DNA of 60,785 nucleotides, filler included, from Syncephalis fuscata S228 (lineage: Eukaryota; Fungi; Zoopagomycota): NCBI GenBank assembly GCA_025786725.1. It is 4 parts of 4 records of this genome, joined end to end, with 100 filler letters (N's around TTAATTAATTAA, not from the genome) between each part and the next. Parts side by side here need not be neighbours in the genome. Positions count along the whole stretch, not along the records: positions 21,047 to 37,406 come from JAHLTZ010000204.1; positions 37,507 to 46,223 come from JAHLTZ010000317.1; 2 more parts are not named here. One strand, written 5' to 3'. Made by a program: the position numbers and the translations under genes. Shown here one piece after another: positions 24,918 to 39,734 of this stretch (position 1 is the stretch's first letter; each line of letters starts with the position of its first letter). The notes below the pieces were generated by a model. The model was given only the letters and a program-made list of their open reading frames with translations, was not told where the DNA came from and did not search any database.

Positions 24918-27900
24918 GGTGATATTGATTTGTTAAGACAAACGAATAAAAAAGATAGTAGATTGTGGTTGGTATAGGGTAGAGAGTAGACTGTGTATAG
25001 CAAGAAGTAGAGTGTAATTATGATATTGCAGTTGGTTGTGTATATTTTGTGGTCTATTTAAACTTATGGCTATACTGAGATACTAGTATAGTATATGAGG
25101 TACACCATTGATGTGTAATATGAACCAATAAAGCAATGCAAATAATGGTTTGAGGTGCGCATGTACCAATAGATTTATGGCGTGATAGTATGCCTCCAGC
25201 ATTGATTTCAACCTGCTCAGCATTTACACAAAGGACACAGCAATTCCAATGAGCAGCACATATGCGATAGAGACATGTACATCATTTTGTATTTTTTGTT
25301 ACACGGTTTAACTATTTAGTGAAAGCAAGTATATTGTTTGGTTTTGTAAAATGATAATGATGTCTTTGCTGTCACTTCCACCGAATGATTCGGTCTTGAA
25401 TATCGCATGCATAAAAAATAACGCATAACCTGCCCGGTCTTTACTTCAATCTGCCAGCTATTCGCACGAATGACACAGTAATGGTAATAATCCAGTACAT
25501 ATGGGATAAAAATAGGCGTATTAGCCTGTATTTTTTTGTTACACAGTTTAATTATTTGGTAAAAACAAGTATATTGTTTGGCTTTGTGAAAACGATAATG
25601 ATGTCTTTGCTGCCATTTCTACCGATTCGGTTCTCAATATCTGTTGCATACAGAATAGCACACAACGCTGATGCAAAAACAAGTCTAATATATCAAACTG
25701 GTAGTTTATACAGGGTTTACTGCCATACATAGGTCAGCCATGTTTTAAATTATAAAATATATCGATTGGTACATGTGTGCATTTCATTCGACACTATGCC
25801 CACTGTTATGGGATAATCATTACTTTGAATTTACACATGTATCATATTCAGGCATATCATGCCACATGTTATGCAACTACCATCATTCAAATGGCGGTTA
25901 ATCCAAATTACCTGAGCTTGACTATACGATAAGTACTATTTGCAGGATGATGCATCACGGCATTTTGAGCAATGGAACATTCCAACAAGTCATTTTTATC
26001 AGTTGCTCAGCTGTATGATAAATTGCATCGGCTAAATTCTATTTAATACAATATGCAGACACTAGGTTAGACACTATAGAAAACTCTAACCAATTACCGG
26101 CAATTTCGAGTGCATAATGTCAATGGGTTGCATATCAATGGGTAATTGTCCAAGGCCTAAGTGCTGCTTATATTTCTGAAACCACTTTTGACAAGTTAAG
26201 CAGGATAGAATATAGAAGAACAAGTCAAGGCAGAAACCAATGAAAAAACAATTGGCAGTTCAAAGGATTACTGGTTTAACCTATAGCAAATTATTATAAC
26301 TATGCTAAGCTGGACTGTGTTTATCAAAAGACGACTGTTGCTGATGCGGCCAGAACAGCAGCAACATTAAACAGAGATAACGCACAGAAAACAAAGAGTT
26401 GTAAATAAAATTAAATCAATAAGTTTTAGTAGTCAAATAACTTATCGTCGTCACTATAGCTTATAATTCTGGTTGTTTGTACAAATATATATTTACAAGC
26501 ACATTGTAACTTTTTATATACTTACATTTACACGGTCACCAACTAAACCAACTAGTATAAGGCTTAATTTAATTATTTATCAGAATAAGCAGCTAACATT
26601 ATACATTATTGCAATAATAGAAAGACAGATTAATTTATAGATCGACCATTAATAAAAGCTGTATAGCTATATATTAAAACAAAACAAAACATTGGATTGA
26701 AAGCGTAATATTTATATAATTAAATCATTTTTACTTTAACTCCCACATTTTGGGTCCTCAAAGTAAAATTCGTTTTAATTAAAGTCGCACTATTATGCAC
26801 AACGCAATTATATTGCTTCCTTATAAAATATTGTCAATAAATTGATTTAAATAAATAATGTATTATACTGTTTGATTTCTTTGAAATACTTAAGGCCAAC
26901 CATTGTTGTCATTGTTGGCCATGTGTAGAGAGATTAATTGAATATTAATAGAAGCCATATGATTGATTCCATACCATTTCGCAATCTTTGTTGTTGCATT
27001 AACACATACATGCTATGTACTATTTCATTTTTAGCTTTTAGCTTTTAGTACTTGTTAATTGACTAAATAAACTACATTATCATATAAAATATTGTGTGGC
27101 ATTTAATATTATTATACAATCTAATTAAAATTATTAATTATTATAGTATGATTTGTGGTTAAAATGGCTATTTTTAATAATATGCAATCTATTAAACATA
27201 ATAGTGGGTGGTGAGTGACATCAATCATTAAATACTCATCATTGTAGATTTATTATCCAGTATTCATATATCATCACAGTATGTGTTATTACTATGTATA
27301 CCCGTCATCTTGCTTGATTAACAGTAAAATCATAACTAATTGACATGGTCTAGTTTGTTTATAAACAATCTTAATAAAACATAACTTTGTTTATATTCAT
27401 ATCATTTGTTATACCAATATAACTTAGTGAACAAACTAAGTGTGATATGTTCACTTTTATTAATAAAAGAGTTGGAAGCATACCGACAACGGTTATAGAC
27501 AGCGTATAGCCAGTATATAATAAAATGATAAATATTGTAATGAATATGCAGTGCTGAACGAGATTAGCAATGTTAAAGTTATTAAGCATATATGCATGAG
27601 CAGATGACCGACATTAGTTGAGATTTATAAATAATAGTGCTAAAACAAAAACAAAAGTAGTTTTTGATACAGAAAGACTATGCAAGTGTAGAATAATACA
27701 TAAAATGATAAATAAATGGTGAGAAATTATATAAAACAATGTTAAGGTTATAGTGCATATAGCGTAATGAGTAGGCTGAGTAAATTATATTGGGACATAT
27801 AAACAATAAAATGTGTCTAGTATATCGTAGAGTGATATATAATAGCGTGGGACAGAATGAAAATGATATAACTGAATAGTGTATATATGTATACCGAGTA

Positions 27901-29286
27901 TATGCATACTGGATAATAAATATATGGTAATGAGTATTTTTAAACTCTGGTGTAAATTATTCCTAACTTCATGTTTACTAAGAAGAAAGTTTAATTTAAA
28001 TGTATAAATATTATTAAATGTAATCATTTGACCACCAAATCAAATTAAATGACTAATAAACTGTTTAATGTAAAAAAATTATTTTTATTTAATTAATAAA
28101 TAATGTAATATATACAATCCATAAATCGAATAGCATTGTACATAAAAAGACGATAAACAAAGCGAAATACAGATTAGTGAATTACTTAAGTGGTGAAATA
28201 AAAGAAATAATAAAAACCAATAGCATAAAAGCAAATATATTCATAGAATATGTCATCAGTAAAACAATAGTTGTAATAATAAGAATAGATAACAAACAAT
28301 AAAGACAAATATATTCATAGAACAATGTTATTAGTAAATAAGAAGAATGATATCAATACATAAAAAAATGTCATTATTATAGAACATGGTATTATAATTG
28401 ACAGCTAAACTTTTAAGCATTAGATTTAGTATATAAGCAACAGTGTTTATTGAATGTTAAATAAAATACTTGTAAACATACCTATTCTAAACTACATCTT
28501 TGCATATATAATTAAATAGTGATCCATCAAAAAAAGAGTTAACAAAAAAATAGTATAAATAATCATACCTAACACACCACCTTAGTCTGCCAAAACTACA
28601 GGTGGTGTGGAATCGGGATGTCATGGTAAGCAAGGATATTTTTATATTATCGAATCAATCTGGGAGGCAAATGGCAGACCAGCCGAGTTTGCCAAACTAT
28701 CTCAGACCAATACAATCACCGCTGAGGACGCGGGTTCAGTCTTCTTCCAGTAAGACTCTTTAGATATCAAATGTAAGTTGTATTGAAATATTTAATATTA
28801 TTACTAGTACAATGTTTTGTTACATTTAATCAATTTTATGGAAATAATAATGGGCAATAATATTACGTTAATATTTATCGTGAATGATAATTTAAACACG
28901 AATTAATCAAATCAAGTCCTTAAAATCTATTGCGCTGGCGTGGGTGGGGCGTAAAGTAAATGTCAGCCTAGTACTTTAATAATGATTTTACGCAATAAAT
29001 AAAATATACAGTTTTACTTTTAAAAAAGATCAGTCGCAATTAGCTACATAAATTGCGTGTAAATAAGGCGGCAAACTAACAAACCGGTAAAAAAAAAGCG
29101 TACTCCAATAAATATGCATTTAAAGTAACACAGTATACGTACGCTTTCTGAAATTCTCATAACTTTTTTGTAGCAATTTTACTTCAAATAGTTAAAGCGT
29201 TATTTTTTTGAGATATGAAACGTATGCTTTCTTATTACACTGCCGCTAGCTCTTTTTTGGAAGATATACTTTTTTATAGTTCACTG

Positions 29287-31038
29287 ATGCATACAAAGTA
29301 TTTTATATTAGTTGGTGCCACTATATTAACCATCGTGGCTTCACATATAACGCTTATCCCCGCCGCTAAATCCGATGTGGATCAAAGTGCCAGCGATGCT
29401 ACGGCTGTAAAGAACTTTCAAGACTACATACGTATTCGTACCGAGCAGCCAAATCCAGACTACAAATCGGCCATGACATTTCTGAAACAACTGGCCGATG
29501 AAATCACTCTATCGTTCAAAACTGTGGAGCCAGTTGCAAATAAGCCGGTGGCCATTCTTACATGGACTGGCACTGATGCTAGTTTACCAAGCATTATGCT
29601 TAATTCGCATACTGACGTTGTGCCGGTGTTTAAGGTATCCATCGACTGATAGTAACAATATACACAACCAATTTGTACTAACTAGTAACTAGGACCAATG
29701 GACACACGATCCATTTGCCGCTGAACGTGTACGACAAGACAACGGCGACTACAAAATATTTGGGCGTGGCACGCAAGACATGAAGGTAGTCGGCATTTCG
29801 TAAGTACATGTATAAAATCCAATTACCGCAACTAACCAGACATCTAGCTATATCGAAGCATTACGAAGACTTAAACAAGATGGATGGCAACCACGTCGCA
29901 CACTACATCTTACATATGTGCCAGATGAAGAACTTGGAGGAGCCACAGGCATGGCCGTATTTTGCAAGACGAAAGAGTTCAACGACTTGAACATTGGATT
30001 TTCTTTAGACGAAGGTAAGCATGATATTAATAATTGTGACGTTTAATGCTTATTGTCTAAAGGCCAAGCCAGCCCTAGTAGCAACTATATCTTGTACTAT
30101 GATGAGCGCGTTGGATGGCCATTTACAGTTAAAGCAAGGGGAAGCACTGGTCATGGCAGTCAATTCATTCAAAACACGGCTTCACAAAAGCTGGTAGGTA
30201 CAGTTATATTGATAATTATTTGTATTTAAACATGCTTTAGATGAACTCTATTAATGATTTTCTTGTGTATCGCCATGAACAAGAAGAGCTTTTAAAGACA
30301 GGAAGTCACAATGGCAAGCCACTCACTCTTGGAGATGTCACTACTATTAATCTTACTATGTTAAAGGCAAGTAGTTTTTATTTATATTTTTTACCATATT
30401 AACTATGCAACTAGGGAGGTGTTCAGTCCAATGTGGTGCCAGCCGAAATGGAAGCAGGTAGGTTGAATAAAGTGGCCATCAGCTAAACTCCATAGTTATT
30501 TACCTAATTAGTATTCGATTTCCGCATAACACCACATACTGACTTTGAAAAGCTTTCGCAATGGCTTGATAATGTTGCTGCCAAAAACAAGTAAGTAATT
30601 TAACTCAATATTTCTAGTTATTTACAATTTTCACCACCAGCGTAACACTTATATTTAAAGATGATATACGAGCGATATCTACAAAACCTCCTACTGGTAC
30701 TGATCGTTGGCAACAAATAATAGAAAAAACATGCAAAGACTTGTAAGCTACTTGAAATTTAATAATATTTGATATTAACTTTGAATTTAGAAACATTACC
30801 GTTAATCCAGAGATATTCCCTGCGGCCACCGGTAAGAATGATACAACAGCATAAATTCAATCTTATGTTGTTATTAGATGCGCGTTTTTTACGAAAGCTC
30901 GGATTACCAGCATTTGGTATATCACCAATACGTAACACACCAATTCTACTGCATTCCGATGACGAATTTATGTACGAAAGTGTTTATTTGGAAGGCATTG
31001 TGTTTTACAAGAATTTGATTAAAAACCTGGCAAATTAA
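29287..31038 (+). CDS. ACY1: Aminoacylase-1 (peptidase M20A), multi-exon, with hydrophobic N-terminus
   Basis: FQDYIRIRTEQPNPDY, SIMLNSHTDVVPV, IFGRGTQDMK, VPDEELGG, LDEG, GHGSQF, GGVQSNVVP, PAFGISPIRNTPILLHSDDEF. Confidence 0.92.
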
Positions 31039-33848
31039 TGGTCATTATAATCAAAGTAAGATTTGAAGTATTTGTCACTGAATATTTAAGTGTTATTAAA
31101 TAAATCACTTTGATTTTAAAATGTCAATATTCTGCCTGTTAATAGTAATGAAGCAATGAGAATCAATTAATCATCACTGTGTTGTACAACATTGATAATT
31201 ACACTACAGCATAGCTAGTATTATCGATAATTATATTGGTGTTTGTTTACACTTTGTCGCTATGCTTAACTAGTTAGAAAATCACTATACGATTCGTTTA
31301 CAATAAATGATATACAACATGTAACAATACATAAGCTTTACTCATGTCTAATATCTATCTTATAATAATAACAGTTTAACATGATTGTTTGTATTACTGA
31401 ATATTGTTTCAATACAGATAATTAATATATAACTTATTACAGACTACGATGATGGCAACTAACTACATTAATCTATAATAAATGTAAATCAATGTTTTTT
31501 ATGATATCCACAACTTGGCTGCATAATTGGCCAATTCATGGTGACACTTGTACATGTTTCCAATGTTCTTAAAACACTGTGTTTTCAATGCAAATAAGTT
31601 AATGTTTAAAAGTAAAAACTTTATAAATACTTAGGTTTGATCTTTATTGTAGTTTGATATGACAAAGTGGTATCCTGAATGAGGATCTTAAACTGAAATG
31701 AAAGATTCTAGCTTACTAAGTTTGAATAGAAACAAATACAGCACAGTTTACATATAAAAAAAGATATTTTGATTATTAGTTTAAAGCCTCCACAATTAGT
31801 TAAATTAAAAGATCATATCATTGGATATTGCTGGTTTTTGTTGTTTGCTCTCATTCTCGTCGGCTATTCTTGATGCACTAATTTAACATGTACCAACTGT
31901 ATTATACATGCTTGTTATAAATCTTTATAACAAGCATTCTATGCCACACATCATCTTTTCAAACAAGTTTTACTAACAGTATGGCATAGCTAAATGCATA
32001 GCATAAATAAACTACACTGAAGTGGTTGATAAACTATGTCATGTGCCGTTCTATCATTGCTTCTTGTGATTATGTGCCTATCTCTTGGATAGTCAGCATA
32101 TTCGTTTCTCCATTGTTTTAATACACCATCTAGTTATTATATTTGTATTGCAATACTACTATCATATACTATCACTTTTTACTAGTTAAATAGAGCGTCG
32201 TTTTCTGTAAGTATAAATGCATTACAGTTAGTTACATCTGGTGTAATTACAATACACTACTCATTTGAATAACGGCATTAGTAGTTTATTGTGTTATTAT
32301 GTTATTGGCTATGCCATTGTTATCAAACTAATACATACATACCGTGTACGATTTTACTTTTAGCTTTAACTTCAATGTGTGGACACTGCAGTTTATTGAT
32401 AAGTTAAATGAAACACGTTAATCATATAGTATGCTGTGTATTATTTAATACTATTATGCGGTTTGTTTTATCAGCAATTTATTGATAAACTGATGTGATC
32501 GTGAGTCAAAAACAATATTTGATAATAGGCGTGCAATTGAACTAAACATTTGTTCTTTCAAAAATAAAGTTGAATGGTGATTCTGTTAACAAATATGATT
32601 GCTAGTATGACGCAATAAACAAAATAGTTCAAATCTGCAACATGTAAAGCTAGCACTAAACAAACAACAGCTCTGCATAAAACAATGTTAAATAAGCTTG
32701 AAATAGTATAAAACATAACAAATGAAGAATGAAAAGTATACGGCTGCATTAAGTAAAGCACGTTGAAGCCTATAGAGAATAAACAGAATTAATATAAATG
32801 GGAGTGATATGAATGAGTAGCGAATGTACGAGTACAGGACAATAAATCTACGATAATTAATATTTCGATCATTGATGTCATTCACCATTCATAATCATGT
32901 AAATAAACGGATGTGTAGTTCAATATATTAAATGTTACCGAATGTTGCCATTTGACCTTCAAATCACACCAATTCTAGGCATATATATATAGTAATATTA
33001 CTGTAATGCGCTTGATACAACTGAGTGGCGTGTTGCAACAATAGAATATGCATGTAAGCAACAAGTTGTGTGTACTGGGATTTATGCTTATTTAAATGTA
33101 AATTGTGTGTTTGGCTTCAAATTGTTTTGTTTTATTTTCATATTTATGCTAAAGAAATGACTGCAAGCTAGATGTGCATAATCATTTACAATAAAAATAA
33201 TAGCTCAAGTAATAGTTTTGATGGTACAATACAGTTTATAAAAAACACATCTGATATTCAAACGTGTTTTTATTGGACAGCAATGGAACCTCATGAGCAA
33301 TAATATTAGGCAGCAACGTTACATCAGAAATATTTCCAGTAAATGGCAAGCTCATGTACCTCGCAGTTAGTATCGATGTATACACGTGAATCAATGACGT
33401 TTATAGAGCGTTCATTTCTTAAAGAGCAAGACCGGTTTTTAATCATGCTATTAACTGATATATATTGCACGTGGTGTCGGAATCGACATATTTTTTTTAT
33501 TAAATAGTCTGTTGTCCGCGGAATTTATATCGTGCTTCAAGCAACTGTCCAATAAACATTAGGTGTTGATTTAATCTTTCTACCAATGGAGATGGCCAAA
33601 TATGCAATTCAAAGTTATTGGTTGTTACATCCATGACCATAAGGTACTTTTCAGTTGCAGGTAAAAAAAACACGTTGATCATCACCACGAGATCAAGTGC
33701 TTTTACCGGTTTTGCTCACCCAACCAGGTGCTAAAGCGGAACTATAAAAAGTTTTCTAGAAGCCGATGGCGTAGCCATAAGAATTAGTTCTGTCTCATGC
33801 CTCATAATATTATCTTACAAGTAAATACTTTGTATACCATTCTTCTGA

Positions 33849-34778
33849 ATGCATATCCGGGCTACTGTCCTTTTCGTGGCATTAATAGTGGCTGATGCGA
33901 CTTTAGGACATGTAGACGGAGCTCAAATATCGGACGACACCAATAGTAATAATAATAATAATAATGGCGAAGGTTCCGGCGTAGGCAATTTGCATCGGCC
34001 TACTTTTGATTTTCAAAATAACCGATTGGCATCATTCGGCCGCAACAGCTTTATTGGCGTTACAGCCAGCAAACTTGAGGAGAAAAATAACCAGCTTCTT
34101 GATCGTCATTTTGCTAGGCACGACAGACTGGATAAAATTGTTAACGCGCAAACCTGGCCATTTGAACGCGTAGCTGAAGCAAATGCAGCGGTAGCAAGCC
34201 AATTAGCCAGTAACAATAATGAATTACCCACTCCAGTCGATAGACCCACATTAAGAAAACAAAGAACCAGCACTTTTTTCGGCGATTTTGGAAGTCCACG
34301 GCTACGCGCAGGCCTTACTAATATTTTTAAAAAACTATCCCCCAACACCGATGGTGTATCGTCAGAGCCTGTCAATACCCAGCTTCAGTTTGCGCCATGT
34401 AAAAGAAGCCGTTTTAAAACCGGACAAATCAATTCTATTATGGTAAACCAGCATCCTATCGTTCCAGGCACCAAGCTGGCGATCGTCATTGGTGGACAAT
34501 TCAAGACTCCTATTCTTCCTGGGTCCGTTATACACTTGACAGGCCGTTTTGATTTTCTAAAATACGAGCTTGCAGTGGATATATGCGAAGAAGAAAAGAA
34601 GCATGGCTTTAGTTGTCCGCTCTATCCAGGATATCAAGATTTACACATATCATTGCCAGTGCCTGAAGATCTACCCGATAACATGGTAATAAATGCCTCT
34701 ATTAAGGGAGTGGACTCTGATGGATTCACGATATTTTGCGTTGATGCAGATGAAATAGTTTTTGATTCTAATCACTAG
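33849..34778 (+). CDS. Secreted protein with C-terminal ML (MD-2/NPC2-like lipid-binding) domain
   Basis: Intronless 309-aa ORF with a signal peptide and the C-terminal pattern FAPC...PIVPG...DICE......CPL.PG...IFCV. Confidence 0.75.
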   Translation: MHIRATVLFVALIVADATLGHVDGAQISDDTNSNNNNNNGEGSGVGNLHRPTFDFQNNRLASFGRNSFIGVTASKLEEKNNQLLDRHFARHDRLDKIVNAQTWPFERVAEANAAVASQLASNNNELPTPVDRPTLRKQRTSTFFGDFGSPRLRAGLTNIFKKLSPNTDGVSSEPVNTQLQFAPCKRSRFKTGQINSIMVNQHPIVPGTKLAIVIGGQFKTPILPGSVIHLTGRFDFLKYELAVDICEEEKKHGFSCPLYPGYQDLHISLPVPEDLPDNMVINASIKGVDSDGFTIFCVDADEIVFDSNH

Positions 34779-34921
34779 CTGTTTTAATTTTTACTAATGT
34801 TAACCAACAGTGTATTACCACTCAAACTGCGCTTTAATTAATTAAATTGTTGGCCAATTCATACTGAATGTAAATTTGGTGCACTGATATAACGTTTGTT
34901 TATTTATTAAAGTATCATACA

Positions 34922-37042
34922 TCAACCATTATTTTTTAGTAGCAATTTATTATTTGCCTGCGCTTGTTTGGCCATTTGCTTTATAACAATTTGAGTAGCA
35001 CCCTTTAAACCCAGGTAAGGAACGTGTATGGCACTGGAAGAAACTTGGCCTTTGGAATATTCTGGATCGATGGCAATAAAACCTGAATATACCCAATTCT
35101 CGGCTAATGGTAATGAGGAAGGTTCGGTAATTTCAATCTCAACAACACGGCTGTTTCCAGCTTCAACATGAATCAAGTTTGGTTTAAACACAACCTTGGC
35201 AGATGCGCTACTATGCTGTGGTACAAATACTGACTTGCCATTAAAATTGATGCCGCGAACCGAAGGTGTTGATCTATGTACTAATGTGTATGACTGTGCT
35301 TTTTCCAAATTATTAGTAATTGTAATTTTTGCCGATGTAATAACGCCGGATGGCGTGATGGTCTTTTTTCTTCTAAAAGCTTCGGTGGATAATTCAAGTG
35401 CACCGGGTAATACCTGTGTGGCATTTGCAATAAGTGTCCAAGCATTTAATAAACCGGCACCTTGATGAGCAACCGAGTCCAGTACTTTGCCATCGAATGA
35501 AGTCAATGGGACGCTAGAACTTCTTAATGCGGCCTTTAAGCCATTAATTGGCATTCGACTTTTGTTTTCCAAGCGATTTACGCCAAGTTTTTCAAATAAA
35601 AGAGCAATTATACCTGCAGCGTAAGGTGAAGACATAGATGTACCCGACATAAGCATGTAATTTTCTTTCTTGCTGCTCAGTGTTGTGGTGAAAAGATTTC
35701 TTCCAGGAGCCAGTATGTCTGGATTCAACTGTACTTTTAATGTGGGTCCCATGATGAAATAGTTCTGTTATCAATATGCTCCGGCAACTCTATTGAAATG
35801 GTTTTATCCAGAAAATCCCAATCGATATTTGGATTCTGTTGAACATGCGGTGTTATCATATTGCTGATTTCGGAAATAATTGCATAGAATGGTATATCAC
35901 ACATAATTGTCTGCTCAATGTCAAACGATAATGGTGCCATGACACCAATAGCTCTATTTAATTTAGCTTCACGAATTAGATCGCTGACAGAGCAATGGAA
36001 CTCGTTCACTAAAGCTACATGACCAGCAACATTATCTTTGAATTTACATTGTTTGTTTTCTGGAGTTCCATCCAGTGCGGAAAATCGAATACCCACTGTT
36101 TGTACGGGAGGTGGCTATTTGCACAAATAGTGCTATATGGAAACAAGTTGTTAGTAAACTCTGGCCGAAAGACACGTGCTATAATAGATGGCACATTTGC
36201 TGCTCCAACAGATATAACAGACGGTAGTCCAGAAGGAAAATAATTTTTCCACATAGAGTCTTCTACACGATTACCAACGCTTGCAAGCACTGCAATGTTT
36301 AGGCTGGCGGCAGTTTCAAATGCTTTTAAAACATCTTCAGTGACATAATTTGCTGAAATGATCATAGACACGTTGATTATGTCCATATGATGGGCTATTG
36401 CCTGGTTAATAGCTTTGCCTAAAGCAGGTACACTTATCTTCCATTACATCTAGCAATACGATAAGCGCCAAGAATGGCGTCCGGCGCCACGCCAACAAAT
36501 GTATCTGTTTTTGCTGCAATGATTCCAGCAACGGCTGTACCATGTCCGTGACAATCATTCGGATATGGGCCCTCTACAGGTTTATTTTTGCCATTGAACT
36601 TATCACCAACAAAATCATGACCAAAAGCAATTTTAGAGCGCGCTCCAGAGCTATCTCTAAATGCAGGATGATCATAATCTATACCGGTGTCGATAATGCC
36701 TATCTTGATACCTTTACCAGTTAGCTTAAGCTTTTCGTGAACGTTATTTACTCAGTAGCAAATTTACCACTGGAGGTGGATGACGTTCCAAAGATCCCTT
36801 AAGAGATACCAGTGGTCCTTGTGGACTTGTAAAATAGGTTAGATCATCACTTAATAGGCGTCGTTTCAGCTGGACATGTCGACTATTTGATTTAATATTG
36901 ATTTCGCAGGACTGCTTGATACAGTGTATTCTGAAGCCAGCCAGGAATTGAGAGTCGGCAAATTGTTATCGTTATTTGACCTAGCTAGTGCAGACTGCAC
37001 GTATAAAGTCAACGTCGCTCCAACAACGATTGGGTAAAACAT
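34922..37042 (-). CDS. Secreted S8 subtilisin-like protease with PA and Fn3-like regions; several frameshifts as assembled
   Basis: Signal-like MFYPIVVGATLTLYVQSALA at 37042; catalytic triad motifs IGIIDTGIDY, HGHGTAVAGIIA and SGTSMSSPYAAG; also PDILAPG, HQGAGLLN and YSGFI. Confidence 0.85.
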
Positions 37043-37406
37043 TGTACGCTCAAATGATAATGCTTGATGATGGTGTTGTAAGATTGAAAATGCTTATATC
37101 TATGTTGTATAGCAAATTGGAGAGAAAAAGAGAAATGCTATGCTGTGGGACTTCAAATAAATTAAGCCGTTTTACGTGCTTTAAGAATGTTATCATTAGG
37201 ACATCAGGTGATTTTAAATTGGGCGTTTTGAAACATGCCTGAGCGGACTTTTGGTCAAAACAATCCTGTTTGGAAATACTCGAAATGAAAATCAGCATGG
37301 AGCTTCGATTTACTTGTAAATATGATGAATGTGTTAAAAATAAAATGTCTTTATACCGATATAAACATAAGAACAAAAAACAAGAAACAACAACTTTAAG
37401 TAGAAA

Positions 37407-37506
37407 NNNNNNNNNNNNNNNNNNNNNNNNNNNNNNNNNNNNNNNNNNNNTTAATTAATTAANNNNNNNNNNNNNNNNNNNNNNNNNNNNNNNNNNNNNN
37501 NNNNNN
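37407..37506. other. Artificial contig linker
   Basis: 44 N + TTAATTAATTAA + 44 N. Confidence 0.97.
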
Positions 37507-39734
37507 GATGATTTGAATAGTTGACGAGTTGCTTGGATTAAATTGTGTTTAAATGATTATTTACAATAAATATCAACATAATGTAATAACATTATCATTC
37601 TATAAAATTGATTAAATGTTACAAAAAGTGTATCAGCAACTGCTATTTTAAACATTTTAATAAACAACGTAACATACTATTTTTATTTTATTAAACATTT
37701 GAGGTTGATCATTGTTGTTGTTAGCCATGTGTGGAAAGATTGATAGAATATTAATAGAAGCCATGCTTGGTATCAACTTGATAGACGCAGTTTATTTGTT
37801 GGCCATTAATAAAGTAAATGGCCTTCACCATATTCAATACTGATAGGTTGAGTGTTTTCATTAGGAATATTTTGGGACGACAGTTGTAACCAGATAATAC
37901 GGCATACCGTTGAGGTTACTTGAACAGGCGTTGGTGTAAATAAGAGAAATAAAGACTAGGGCTAAAATAATGTTTTTTATTAATGTTCAAATACACATGC
38001 TATTTATATTGTTATATTTGGCATTATCGTATAATATATTACTGAATAAAACAACAAGATAGCAATAGGAAAAGACGGTGGAATGAGTAAATAAAAATGT
38101 GGGAGTTAAAGTAAAAATGATTTGATCATGTAAATATTACGCACTCAATCCAATATTTTGTTTTATTTTAATATATAGCTATACAACTTTTATTAATGGT
38201 CAATAAATAAATTAATCTGTCTTTCTATTGTTGCAATGATGCATGATATTAGTTGCTTACTCTGATAAATAATTAAATTGAGCCTTATAATGGTTGGCTT
38301 AATTGGTGGTTGTATAAATGTAAGTATATAAGAGGTTACAGTGTGGCTGTAAATATATATTTGCACAAACAACCAGAACTATAAAGTATAGTGACAATAA
38401 TCAGTTATTTGACTACTAAACTTGGTAATTCAATTCTATTTACATCTCTCTGTTTTCTGTGCGTTATTTCGGTTTAACGTTGCTGCTGTTCTGGTCGCAC
38501 CAGCAATAGCCAACTTTTGATAAATGCAGCCCAGCTTAGCATAGCTATAATGATTTGCTATAGATTAAGCCAGTAAGCCTTTGAGCTGCCAATTGTTTTT
38601 CCATTGGTTTCTGCTTTGGCTTGTACTTCTATATTCCATTTTGCTTAACTTGTCAGAAGTGGTTTCAAAAATGTAACCAGCACTTAAGCTTTGGATGCTT
38701 ACCAATTGATATGTAATCTATCGATATTATGCATTTGAATCGCTGGTATTTGGTTAGAGCTTTCTATTGTGTCTAGTCTAGTGTCTTCATATTGTATTGC
38801 GTATAATTTAGTCAATGCAATTTAGTTTACAGCTGAAAACTAATGACAAAAATGACTTGTTGGAATGTTCCATTGCTCAAAATGCCGTGATGCATCATGT
38901 TACAAACAGTACTTATTGTATAGTCGGTTTCAGGTGGTTTGAATTAGTTGCCATCTGAATGATAGCAGTTGCACATGTGGCATGATATGCCTGGATGTGA
39001 TGTATTTGTGAATTTGAAACAATGATTGCCCCATAACAATGGGCATAGTGTCAAATGAAATATATGCATGTACCAATCAACACACTTTATAATTTAAAAA
39101 ATTATACTTGATTTATGTATGGCAGTAAAAACCTGTATAAAATATCAATTTGATACATTAAGCTTGCTTTTGTATCAGTGTTGTGTGTTATTCTGTATGC
39201 AACAGATATTGAGGGCAAAGTCGGTAGAAATGGCAAAGACATCATTATCATTTTACAAAGCCAAACAATATACTTGCTTTTACCAAATAGTTAGGCCGTG
39301 TAACAAAAAATACAGACGAATATGCCAATTTTTATTGCATATGTACTAGGTTATGAACATTTTACACCATTCGTGCAAATGGCTAGCATATTGGAGTAAA
39401 GACCGGGCAGGTTAAAAGCAAGACTGAGTAGGTTGAAATTAAGCCTAGGCAGCATGCTATCACACCCTGAAACCATTGATGCATGCACACCTCAAACCAT
39501 TATTTGGATTGCTTTATTGGTTCATATTGCACATCAATAGTGTACCTCATATACTACAGCATACTAGTGTATCTCAGTATAACCGTAAGTATAAATAGCC
39601 CACGAAATACACACAACCAACTGCAATAGCATCATTACACTCTACTTCTTGCTATACACGCACTACTATACACTTTACACCAACCATACTCTATTGTCTG
39701 CTCTGTTTGTTTGTCTTAACAAATTAATATCAAC

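Larger units (their letters stand above)
21047..26750 (-). repeat. Duplicated cassette around peptide gene B, homologous (inverted) to 38090-41400
   Basis: About 1.4 kb of downstream and 1.8 kb of upstream flank align with the flanks of gene C; there is also an internal ~240-bp duplication at ~25235-25660. Confidence 0.88.

Noticed and set aside
27371-28027. Hydrophobic short ORFs (also 32558-32888 and 21998-22180)
   Set aside because: Explained by T-rich composition. Old membrane-protein pseudogenes are possible but not supportable.
28722-28760. CTGAGGA as a hammerhead ribozyme core
   Set aside because: There is no stem II followed by GAAA.
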